This document shows, piece by piece, positions 1 to 10,900 of a stretch of 64,000 nt of DNA. Position 1 is the stretch's first letter; each line of letters begins with the position of its first letter. A model generated the notes under the pieces. It did not search any database and was not told where the DNA came from. It saw nothing but the letters and a program-made list of their open reading frames with translations. The DNA comes from Catajapyx aquilonaris (lineage: Eukaryota): assembly GCA_000934665.2 (NCBI GenBank), contig JYFJ02001991.1, positions 1 through 64,000 of the forward strand, written 5' to 3'. Made by a program: the position numbers and the translations under genes.

Positions 1-252
1 AAATTATCGAAAACCGATATCGAAAAATCGCGATATTCGATACTTCGCACATGCCAAGCGTCGGATATCGCAACTTCAATATTAGGAAAATATCGTATCG
101 ACAGTCGATGTATCGAAATATCGCACAGTCGATTCGATGTCGCTTTTCGATGTTTTTCGATGTCGGTTTCTCGATTTTCGATATACCGACTTCGATTCGA
201 TATTTTTGAGTATCGAAAGTCGATATGCAATTTCGGATATCGCACAGCCCTA
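1..252. mobile_element. hAT-like MITE (TAGGGCTGTGC ends), partial and rearranged copy
   Basis: Ends in ATATCGCACAGCCCTA, has many TCGA(T) repeats, and is the same family as 60610-60920. Confidence 0.75.
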
Positions 253-1159
253 CTGAACAGTAACTTATTTTGATCAGATCTGCACAATAACTTCATCAAA
301 ACTGATATTACAATATAATTCAATTCTAACTTAATTTGATCGTCGTTCACATATGCTGATATCACCTCTCAACCATATAGTCCTCTTCCAAAAAAAATCT
401 TCGCAATATTGCAAGTCTCAGGACAAAATGAAAACATCTCAAAGGTGTAAGGGCGTCTAGAATCAAGAAGGCTCCTTCAAATTTTCTTCTTTTTTTCGCC
501 TTCCTTCTCGACGACTCTTCTTTCGTTTTTCCACCCAGGCATTTTTCACCACGGGACAGAAGAGCTCGTAAATTTCTTAGCCTCCTTCCTAACTTTGATC
601 AAAAGGACGCAGTCCTGTAGGTCTGGAGAGCTTCTCGAAATCAAAGGCGTGGGGAGTAGTTGGGCTGAGTTGTTGGCTTTCACTTCACGGTTGTTATGAA
701 CAGAAAATGAGAGTGATGAAGAAAGAGTTGGACGGGAAGGGTGGCTGCTGGAACAGGAAGAGGAAGGAAGAACCAGGAAGAAGAAGAAGTAGAAGAAGAA
801 GAAGGAAAAAAAAGTTTCCATTCACCTGATTGAAAAGCCTGAGGCACAATCTTGGTTGTACGTGGTGACAGACACTGTACTTTGAGGTTGGAAAGGTTGG
901 TTGAGGTGGTGAAGAGCAGGCTGTCAGATGGGTTTGGGTTGGAAGGGTGTGGTATGGATCTATTTTAGATAGGGGGGGAGTAGGAAGTTCAACTTGTTGA
1001 AATTTCCAGGAATTTTCTACATACTGTAATGTATTTTGATATTTAAAAAAAAATTGTTCAGGGTGCTCAATTGCTTCAGTTAATATTCAGCTGTCACGAC
1101 CATCACTATCACCATAATTTATTTTCATCATCTTCCCCATCACCACTATTTATTTAAGT

Positions 1160-1466
1160 TATTTTATGTTATGTTATGTTATGTTATGTTATTTTATTTT
1201 ATTTTATTTACCCCGTGATAGGGCGGAGCCTCTCTATGGGGGAAGAGGAGGTTCCCGAGGGAGGGCGCTGTAATTAGAGTCATTTCTGACTTTGTAAAAT
1301 ACACCAGATATTTTCTCCTGGCCCTGGGCAGAGTAGGGAGGGCAATTATGCCCCGGCATGTCGGGAGAAAAGCGGAAAAAGAACCCGGCCAAGCAGAGGT
1401 GGCGGGGACGGGATTTGAACCCCGGATTCCCGCTTGGCGTAACCACCAGACCACCATGCCTCCCCC
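1160..1466 (-). mobile_element. tRNA-derived SINE family A
   Basis: Minus-strand head GGGAGGCATGGTGGTCTGGTGG (A box) and GGTTCAAATCC (B box); body matches 2656-2921 and 59453-59719; A-rich tail of (TAAAA)n/(ATAAC)n. Confidence 0.8.
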
Positions 1467-2329
1467 TTTTATTTATTTATTTATTTAATGCAATGCAATT
1501 TGTGACTATTGTCTGCTTGTTAACTATTATCAGCTCTAATTGGAACAAACACTTGAATTTGGTTCAAATAGTGAATATGTCTACCTGAACCATATTGGAC
1601 AACCTGAACTTAACCTACACAAGAATCACGCCATTGTTGCTTCAACCCAAATCCACAGTTAAGCTAATTAATAAAAAAACTGCTTATAAAAATCATGCTA
1701 GTCACGTTTCACATAATCTTAATCCAAAACAGAAGCAACAAAAAAAAACCTTGTTAACTTTTCTACTTTAAAACTTTGATTCTGTCCACAAAAGAGGCTA
1801 GGACTTTTCAACAATGTACAAAAGTCTCCTTTTAAAACCCAACGCATTTAATCCTGCTGAGCTCCCGGTTTCAGGAAAGGGGGTTTCAGAAAGGCCCCAC
1901 CGTTTTCCATCTCGGCCTTTAACTCCTCCCTAAGTCAATTATGCAAATCCATTGTATTAAATTTGTGACTTGAATTTCTTTAATAAAGATAAGTTTGCTT
2001 CCAGCTTCCACCCCCATAGACCAACAAAAGCCTATGGAATTAAGGAAGAGGAATTGCAAAGGTCTCCAGGATATTCCAGAGGGTGCGGAGTGTGGGGCCA
2101 GTTTGATGCTGAAAATCACTTTACGGGGGAGGGGGGAGGGAGGGAATAACCCACAATTTAGTCAACAGTAGTAAATAGATATGAAGTATTGCTAAGTGTG
2201 TAAATTCCAGTGTTTCCACTTCTATTTAGGTGAAAATTTGAACGAATTTATATTTGCCCAATCACAGATGAGATGTTTTCAATGAAAAATGCTCAATAGG
2301 TTTACATGAAAATTTACTGGGAGAACATG

Positions 2330-3050
2330 GTCACAATTTGCTGTATCTTGTGAGATATGGACTCACTAAGTCATTTTCAGACGCCCTCAGAGTCACTCAA
2401 GGCCGTTACAAACAACTTAGCCTCACTGGAGGCCTCCTTATTGCCTCATATGAGGTCCGAGAGCCCAATGGTCAAAATGTGCTGAATCTTGTGTGATTTG
2501 ACCTTCCTAAGTCATTTTATGACCCTTCAAAGTCACTCAAGGTCGTTACAAGCAACTTAGCCTAACTGGAGGCGGCCCCACTGCCTCATATGAGGCCACC
2601 ACTAGACTAATCACAATTTACGGAGAGCACAATAGTCACAATTTGCTGAATCATGGGGCAACGCCACTGGCCAGCCAAGCGGAAGGCCGGGGTTCAAATC
2701 CCGTACCCGTCATCTCTGCTTGGCCGGGTCTTTTTCCGCTTTTCACCCGACATGCCGGGGCAGAATTGCACTCCATTCTCTGCTCGGGGCCAGGAGAAAA
2801 GGCCTGGTCAGAAATGGCTATCGCACGGCGCCCTCCCTTGGGAACTTCCCCTTCCCCCCTAAGAGGGCCTCGAGCCCTATCACGGGGTAGCAAAAAATAA
2901 TAAATAAATAAATAAAATAAAAATTTGCTGAACCATGTCAGATTTGACCTTCCTAAGTCATTTTATGACCCTTCAAAGTCACTCAAGGTCGTTACAAACA
3001 ACTTAGCCTCACTGGAGGCGTCCCCACTGCCTCATATGAGGCAAGCCTCC
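2330..3050. repeat. Tandem repeat of ~140 bp units (3 copies), third interrupted by a SINE
   Basis: Repeated TAAGTCATTTT...AGTCACTCAAGG.CGTTACAA.CAACTTAGCCT.ACTGGAGGC...GCCTCATATGAGG. Confidence 0.75.
2656..2921 (+). mobile_element. SINE family A, 5'-shortened, with 16-bp TSD
   Basis: B box GGTTCAAATCC; tail CACGGGGTAGCAAAAAATAATAAATAAA; TSD AATTTGCTGAA(T/C)CATG at 2640-2655 and 2922-2937. Confidence 0.85.
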
Positions 3051-3803
3051 ACTCAGGTCCACTACAAGCCTATTCACAAACTTTGAACCGGTTTTCAACC
3101 AGGAATCACACACTTTCAGATTCAACCGCACTGATGAATAGGCGCTTTAGTCGCAGGTTGCTCAAAGCGGCTTATATGGCAATAAATCTTTTCGCCAAAT
3201 TTTTTAGCACGTTCTTTGTCTTTTTCACTGAATGTTGGTACTTCTTGGTTCTTCCCTGGTGTCGTCCCACGCTTCATTAGAGAGTCTCCTAGAAAAGGCA
3301 CTTCTCCACGGGGAGGGTTTTTGGGAACGTCGTTGAAAAGCAACGAGACAAATTAATGATTCTCCAATTAGCCTTTTCCCACGTCGCAAACTCCCGGGGC
3401 CGCTAATGACTGCAGCTTTTCCTTTTCTGTGGTTAAGGAGATTAAGGCGAGGAAATGCAGCGATGAAATACGCTCAATACCAAAGAGGAAGAACAGCCGA
3501 CGTTTCACTTCAGAAATCGGAACGAGGACGTCTCTATGGCTTAAGGAATCAATTTCGATCGAATAGACTCAATATTGAGAAAATTTAGCCAGGAGATGGC
3601 GTAGGTGCGTCTATATCTGTAGCGGTACCTGGTTGGAGGCTACCTGGTCGTGTGGAGGCCTGGGGTGAGGCTAGTCTGATAAGTCATGTTGGGTGCAACT
3701 GGTATATTTTTGGAAGACGAGTTCGACCATGGTGACCTGTTGGGTCAGGACATGACCTGAGGTCACATCTTATAGAATCAAAAACACTAGATATTGCTCC
3801 GAG

Positions 3804-3954
3804 CAAGGGGCTAATCCCTCAACTGAAAAGTGTACACTGGAGTGCCAAATTCAAGAAGGAGTACCAAGGAGTAACAAAGAGTGAGGTACCTGAGGAGTAC
3901 CTGGGAGTACCACTCGCAGGTGTACACCGGAGTACCGAAGTGGCTACCCCCTTG
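3804..3954. mobile_element. P-element-like or hAT-like MITE (TIR CAAGGGG(G)TA, 8-bp TSD)
   Basis: Perfect TSD GCTCCGAG at 3796-3803 and 3955-3962; highly similar to 24155-24302. Confidence 0.8.
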
Positions 3955-3958
3955 GCTC

Positions 3959-4251
3959 CGAGGGGGTACTCACTCGACTGTAAAGTGTACACCAGAGTAC
4001 CAAATTCAATGAGTACCAAGGAGTACCTGGGAATACCAAGGAATACCAAGGAGTACATGGGAGTACATGGGAGTACATGGGAGTACATGGGAGTACATGG
4101 GAGTACATGGGAGTACCTGGGAGTATCTAAGGAGTACCAAGGAGTACCTGGGAGTATCTAAGGAGTACCAAGGAGTACCGAAGGAGTACCGAAGAGTACA
4201 AAAAAGAGTACTACTGCAGGTGTACACCTGAGTACGAGAGTACCCCCCTTG
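3959..4251. mobile_element. Older copy of the same CAAGGGGGTA MITE with an expanded internal 10-bp repeat (GGGAGTACAT)n
   Basis: Ends CGAGGGGGTA...TACCCCCCTTG; TSD TATTGCTC (3792-3799) / TATTGCAC (4252-4259). Confidence 0.72.
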
Positions 4252-5249
4252 TATTGCACCCTATATGATCCGATCTTTCAATAATTCAACTGATATTTGG
4301 TTAGAAGTCCTACTTAGCTAATTAATTTTATTTAACCTAATATTTGACCAACATCTAATTTATGAAACATGCAGTTTGTTTGATCAAAATTCACTCGATA
4401 TTGCCCCGATATATTTGCCCAAATGATTTCACCCATAGGTCGAGCACCTCTAAAAGCATTGTTGACAACATTTGCCTGGGGTTTGTGAGGCCATTGTATT
4501 TATGGTCTCCTGAGTGTCTTTCTGTGGCCGTGTACTCATTAGTGGACTCTATGCTTTCCCAAAGTTATTCGACGCAACTCGGTGCTTTAATTGTATTTAT
4601 GTTGCTCTCAGCCTCGTAAGTTTCATGCACACTGTCAGAACCGCTGGTAAAAATATTTTTTTAAAAAAATAATTCCCATGAGATAGTCTGACGTCAGAAT
4701 CTCCCGAGTGTTTTCCGTTTAATTAACGCTCCATACCCTGGAACCTTAATATGATTTGTCCTGCATCGTCGAACCTTCAAAGTAACAATTAAAACGTAAC
4801 ATTTGCATTATCCACAATTATAATTTTTTAAACAATATATTTAGGGACATAATTTCCCAACGGAATTCGCTAAAAGCAAATGGAAGCGTCATTATCTTTT
4901 TTTTGTACATTTTTTTGAAGAGCTCTCAGGCCATATTGAGATTCTAGGCCACTTGGGAGGACGTGTTCCATAATAGATGATGACCTATCGTTAGTAATCC
5001 GGTGCCATTTGTATACTTCCGGTTAGGGAATATTCCTTCGGTAATTGCAAGGCTCCGAGTATTATGGATGGAGAGAGGCCCTGGAATATTGTCTGGATCT
5101 CTAATGGAGTGACCCTGACCTCTTGAAACATTTGTGTAATTAGAGCACTCAATAAGTACGGTACTTTTAGAGTGACATTTTCAACAAAATTTTCAGCACT
5201 AATGTGTGAGGGAAACATTTGAGACATTGTGTCTGATTGGCCGATATTT

Positions 5250-6510
5250 ACGCACAATTTGAGTGACTTTGACTCAAATGTCAATTAATATCGCTCTAAT
5301 ATGTTTCAGAAATTTTCATTATTAGTTTGAGTGATTTTAATTAACATTGGACTGATTACAATCATTTTTGAGTGATTTTAATTAGCATTGGACTGATTAC
5401 AATAATTTTTGAGTGATTTTAATTAACATTGGACTGATTACAATCATTTTTGAGTGATTTTAATTATTATTTGAGTGGTCTTTCTTACTATTTGAGTGAT
5501 TTTTAAATTGATTGATTTTTTCATTGATGTGATTTAAGTGATATTTGAAACTCATTTCAATTTATAGGTAAGTAATAGTTTTTTATGTCCACTTTCACTC
5601 AAATATTTCTTAATAATTGTAGTTGTGAACAATTTATCGTCAGATATACTCTAAATCTGTTTTCGACTCAAACTTTTTCATTATAATGATTTTGATTCAT
5701 GTTCGAATGATTTAAATTATTATTTGAGTGATTTAATTATTACTTTAGTCATTTAATTATTATTTGAGTGATTTAATTATTATTTGAGTGATTTAATTAT
5801 TATTTGAGTGATTTAATTATTATTTGAGTGATTTAATTATTATTCCAGGGATTTTCATCAATACCTACGAAAACTACTCATTCTAATTAAATTACTTAAC
5901 TATGAATGAAATTACCCGAATTCGAATTAATGTACGCCAATATTACGAAAATAACTCAGATGTCAATAAAAAGGACTCAAGTTGCAAATGACTCACATAT
6001 GAATGAAAATATTGATGAAAATCACTCAAAATCATTTGCGCGATTTAATTCCGACGCGAGTGATTTGATTATTATTTGAATGATTTTCATTAATACCTAC
6101 GAAAATCACACATTCTAATTAAATATATTACATAACTATTAATGGAATTACTCAGATTGAAATTAAGGTGCTCCAATATCATGAAATCAACTCAAATATC
6201 ATGGAAACAACTCAAATAACATGAAAGCAACTCAAATGTCATGAAATCAACTCAAATAAAATGAAAGCAACTCAAATGTCATGAAATCAACTCAAATGTC
6301 ATGGAAACAACTGAAATATCATGGAAACAACTGAAATATCGTGGAAATAATTCAAATATCACGAAAATAATTCAAATCTTATGAAAGCAGCTCAAATAAC
6401 ATGAAAGAAACTCAAATATGTAAACAACCCAAATTGTAATGATTAATGTGGTCCAATCTTATGACACTAACTCGAATATCAATGAAAACATTAAGGCAAA
6501 TCACTCAAAT
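5250..6510. repeat. AT-rich minisatellite block in fold-back arrangement
   Basis: Left part has (TTATTATTTGAGTGATTTAA)n 20-mers and ~58-bp units; right part has (ATGAAATCAACTCAAATGTC)n 20-mers carrying the reverse-complement core. Confidence 0.65.
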
Positions 6511-6999
6511 GAAGCATCCGGGACTGGAAGCCATTTTTAGATCAGATGATGAACTACTCACTCCTGCCAGTCAGGGAGTGATCAGCCGATCATTTTCTCG
6601 CCAAATTAAAATTAAAATGGCGGCCGCGTGAATATACCGCGTTTTGTCCGCCGTAACTATGAGCGTGTGTCTATGCTGCCATTGCGGGTGAGGGGTGAAA
6701 ATTAATAGACCGGGAGTGTCCCCTGGCCGAGTTTCATTTCACGCTGGCTGCAGGACACCGCTAGCTAATTTCATTCCCAAAGTGCCTGGCTTCTCGCGAA
6801 TATTCCCCGCCGCCACATATTCGCCATCACTCCTCTCTCTATATATGTTTCCACCTGTTTCCAACAGAGGGAGTGTGTATAGCTCCTCATTTTGGAGGGG
6901 GGGGTGTCCATGTGTCTGTCATACCACCGGTGGTCATCACCAGCCAAAAAAAAAAAATTTAATCTAGAGAGGGATAAATGGACATGAAGTGTCCAGAAC

Positions 7000-7690
7000 A
7001 TTTTCCCACTTAATCAGTGGCAGGGGAGAACCTTCCACTTATTTAAGTGGATAAGAAATGTTTTCTATTTATGGAATCGGCGGATTTCCATGTAGATTTA
7101 CACAATAGAAATATTTTCCACTTATTTTACATATTTAAGTGCAAAATAACTAATAATTGCTTTTAAAATTATAAATTTCCACTGGGTTTACTTATTTAAG
7201 TGGAATATGACTAAGAATTGCCTTTAAAATCATCAATCTCCACTTATTTTTCACACAATCATATTGAACAGTTTTTCATATTATGCGAGGGAACATTCTG
7301 AAATTTTAAGTGGAAAATGCGATTTTAAGTTAGTCTTTAAAATGTCTATTCCACTTATACTAGTGGAAGAAACTGCTCAACTATTCATAGATTTTCCACT
7401 TATTTTACTTCTTTTAGTGGAATGCGCGAATTTCACTCAAAGTTACAGGATACATACATAGATTTTCCAATATGGGAATACGAACTGCACTTATAATTGT
7501 GCATTTTCCACTTATTTTCACGTAGCCGGAAAAGTTTTCATATATGGGAAAAATATGTGAAGTAAGATTCTGCGATATTAAGTGGAAAATGATATTTTAG
7601 ATGAAATTGTAAGTGGAAATGTGATTTTAAGGCAACTTTTAAGTGGAAAATATCTTCTTCCACATAAACAAGTGAAAGAAACTGCTCAAT
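7000..7690. repeat. Degenerate AT-rich repeat with TTCCACTTA / TAAGTGGAA motifs in both orientations
   Basis: Motif recurs more than ten times. Confidence 0.55.
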
Positions 7691-7784
7691 TCTTACCCTT
7701 CCTTAAACGAGAATAGGCTAAGAGTGCGGTGTGAACGTCCCGCTCACCGTCTCTAGCAATTAGTAAGGAGGTGTTGGTACTCAC

Positions 7785-7913
7785 AATCAACGCTGACTTT
7801 AATCCTCTTGCTCACCGCTGGAGGAACTCCATTGGACGCAATGCACAGGTAAGCGCCCATGTCCAGCCTGCTAATTTTGCTCAGCTCCAGGTTGTCACCT
7901 TCCCACTCCTTCA
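7785..7913 (-). CDS. DIP-like exon D (C-terminal half of Ig2), 129 nt; absent from the ORF track
   Basis: Hand-translated. Acceptor TTTTCTAAACAG|TG and donor T|GTGAGT; encodes [42 protein letters not shown]. Confidence 0.93.
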
Positions 7914-10900
7914 CTGTTTAGAAAATGGAAACACAAAAAAAGGTGTTCAAAATGGCTGGTACCAAGAAAGCACCTTATTTATAGTCTCCTGATCCCCACG
8001 CCGCTACAAATGGCGCCCAGCGTGCCATTCCAAATCGGATCCGAGCAAATCTCCTTATTTGCCTTCCATTCTCCCTAAATTCACTCCATCACCTGAGGTT
8101 CTCCCGTCATAAAACGTCGCGTTTTGTCGATCGCAACAGCCGTTGAGTAGCTTTGTAACGCGGCCTGCAGGGGGCTCACGGGTAGGAAGAAACAAGGCGA
8201 AATTGCAGTTGTCCCATAGGTCCGATTGTAGATCCAGTGGCAAAAACCCTGATTATTTCAACTCGGCTTTTTTGTTGTTGTTAACTGCTTGGGGGCATCC
8301 GGAAAACCACGGGTCAATCTGAGGGTCTCCGGAGTGCCCCTCGGTAAAAAAAAAAACATTTTTCCGACGGACATACAGATTGTATGGGATTCCTTGGCTG
8401 TGGGGAACCGGGTTTCAATAAAAGGATACAGAGGGAAGCGGGACAAAACGATGAGTTGATTTCAGGAGTCCTTTGTCGCCATTCGGATTCGGAAGCGAAA
8501 ATTCCGACAGTTGTGGGCCTTTTGTGGGGGAGTTTACCAATACGGGTATGAGGAAAATGCTGGAATTTTTGTAGCACAAACGAATATCTGAGCTTGGATG
8601 AGACTGGTAAATGACTGGATATCCGGGACATTAAGTCCGACTCATGTAAATACCGAATTTCATCAAGTGACTTCTCGGCTGTGACTTAGCCAGTGGCTAC
8701 TAACCAACCTGGAACTTCGAATCAGCCAGGAGATCAGCCTAGAACTCCTGACCAGCCAGGAGCTTCTGTGTGACCAGCCGGGTACTCCTAAGGAGCCAGA
8801 AGACTTGGCGGGAACTCCTGACCAGCAAGGAGGTCCTACCCAGCCGGGTACTCCTAACGAGTCGAGTACCGTACTCCTAACCAGCCAGGAGCTGACCAGC
8901 CCGAGTACTCCTAACATGCCGGGTACTCCTAATAAGCCAGGAAGCTCCTGACCAATCGGGTACTCCTAACGAGTCAAGTACCGTACTCCTAACTAGCCAG
9001 GAGATGACCAGCCGAGTACTCCTAATAAGCCAGGAAGCTCCTGTCCAATAGGGTACTCCTAACCAGTCGGTTATTCCTAACCAGTCGGTTACTCCTAACC
9101 AGTCGGTTACTCCTAACCAGTCGGTTACTCCTAACCAGTCGGTTACTCCTAACCAGTCGGTTACTCCTAACCAGCTAGAGACTAGCTGTGAACTCCTGAA
9201 CTGACAGGCGCTCCTGCCCAGCCGGGTACTCCCGACCTGTCTGGTACTCATACCCAGCCGGGGAGCCAGCCGGGAACTCCTGAACTGCCTGGAGCTCCTT
9301 CCCAGATGAGTGCTCCTGACCGGCCGGGGTACTCCTGCCCAGCAGAGTTCTCCTAACCAACCGTGCACTCCTGACCAACCGGGCGACCACCCAGGAGCTC
9401 CTGACCAGCAAGAAAACCAACAGGGAACTCCTGACCAGCCGAGTACTCCTAACTGTTTTCACCATTTAACGGCTTTCCGAATGCGACTGGTGTTCGACCC
9501 TATTCCAAAATGTCTTCCTAGCATCGGACCCAATTCGCCACCTTATTCCGGCACGTAAAGGACGTAATAATCTAACTCCATTTCCTCGCCTTGTTTCTCC
9601 AATTTCCAAACGGAAGCAATGTGTTTCCTCTCCTTATTACTTCCCTTCCCTCCAATCTCTTACCCTCGGCACAAGTTGCTACACCCTCAGACAGATGTTG
9701 TTAACTCTCACCCCCTAGGGCCCGTTTTACCCCAATTTCCAACGTACGTAAGACTGTGCGTATGATCAGGAAGTGCAGGTGTCGTTTCTTTTAGCTCGAG
9801 ACTATAATATAAGGGTGTAGCAGTGGTGTGACAAAGTTATTCAGATTGGAGGGAAATTAAGAAAACCAGCCCCATATTTCACCCGAGGGAGACAGTGGAA
9901 GGGCGCCTCGCCATATTAGATTTGGCGGTGGCAGATTCAAGCCTTCAGGGGGTTATGGGTATTTACGGGATGGCTTCCAACACGTGAAGGTACTTACCCG
10001 CTAAAGTCTTGTTGATCTTGATCTCCTGCTTGTCCTCTCGTTTCCATTTGACCACAGGCGATGGTGAACCCGTCGCGTGACAGTTCAGGGTCACGTTTGA
10101 CCCTTCACGGACGATGACGTCGGAGCTGCTCAAGGAATCGTCGATGTTGGGTGGCACTGTGGGTGAGACAACAATGATTGTGTGAGTAACAGTTACAGAT
10201 TCACAGTGTGACATAGAATTCTCTAGATGGAGTTGTAAGCGGCTATGCTTTCACTTTTCGCTATTTTCCTAGGGGTGTATCCGCTGAAGATAGGCATGTA
10301 TCCGCCGGAAGGAAAGTTAGGTTATGGGCTAATTTGGTACAGCGTGCCCCTGCCAAATTCGGTCAGCCCATATGAAAGTCCTTCATTGTAAGAGAGGTGA
10401 GTCTGGGGGGCCGTGCAGACGGGCCAAGCTTGGCCGCGGCTGGCCGCGGCCCTGGCCAACTTCCTGGAAGTTGGCCCGTGGCCTGGCCGTGGCGTTGCTA
10501 GGGGGCCGCTAGGTGCGAACCGTCGCGGCCGCGGCCAGCCGCGGCTAAACTTGGCCCGTCTGCACGGCCCCTGGGTGGAGGCTAACTGCTTTGTATACCG
10601 TCGTGTGATAGCATAAGTCGAGGCGAGACTGAATAAACAGGTTGGGATCAACCTAGTGTCATTGAACCACTACCATGACCCTGAGTGACCATTTAGATGT
10701 CACATAGAGGCTTACAGAGATCAGATTCTATAGAGGGTGTTTCAACTTTTTGTCCGAATAGCTATCGGAAATATTGCACTATAAGGTGCTACTTTGTAAG
10801 CAGTGACTTGCACCCGGTTTGTCGGAGGAATGGGGAATATTCCCTGCGAATCTTAGGTTGAAGTGGCACAGTTTACACTGCTTACAAAGTAGCAGCTTAG

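Noticed and set aside
815..845. Possible recursive splice site (TTTTCAATCAG|GTGAAT on the minus strand)
   Set aside because: Short pyrimidine tract and weak donor; not supportable without RNA-seq saw-tooth or junction data
253..7780. Expected Ig3 exon of the DIP gene
   Set aside because: No phase-1 acceptor followed by an Ig-like frame found by eye; probably outside the window
8663..9558. Several overlapping ORFs with WLGVTD or PDQP repeats
   Set aside because: Arise from an 18-bp GC-rich minisatellite that is open in multiple frames on both strands
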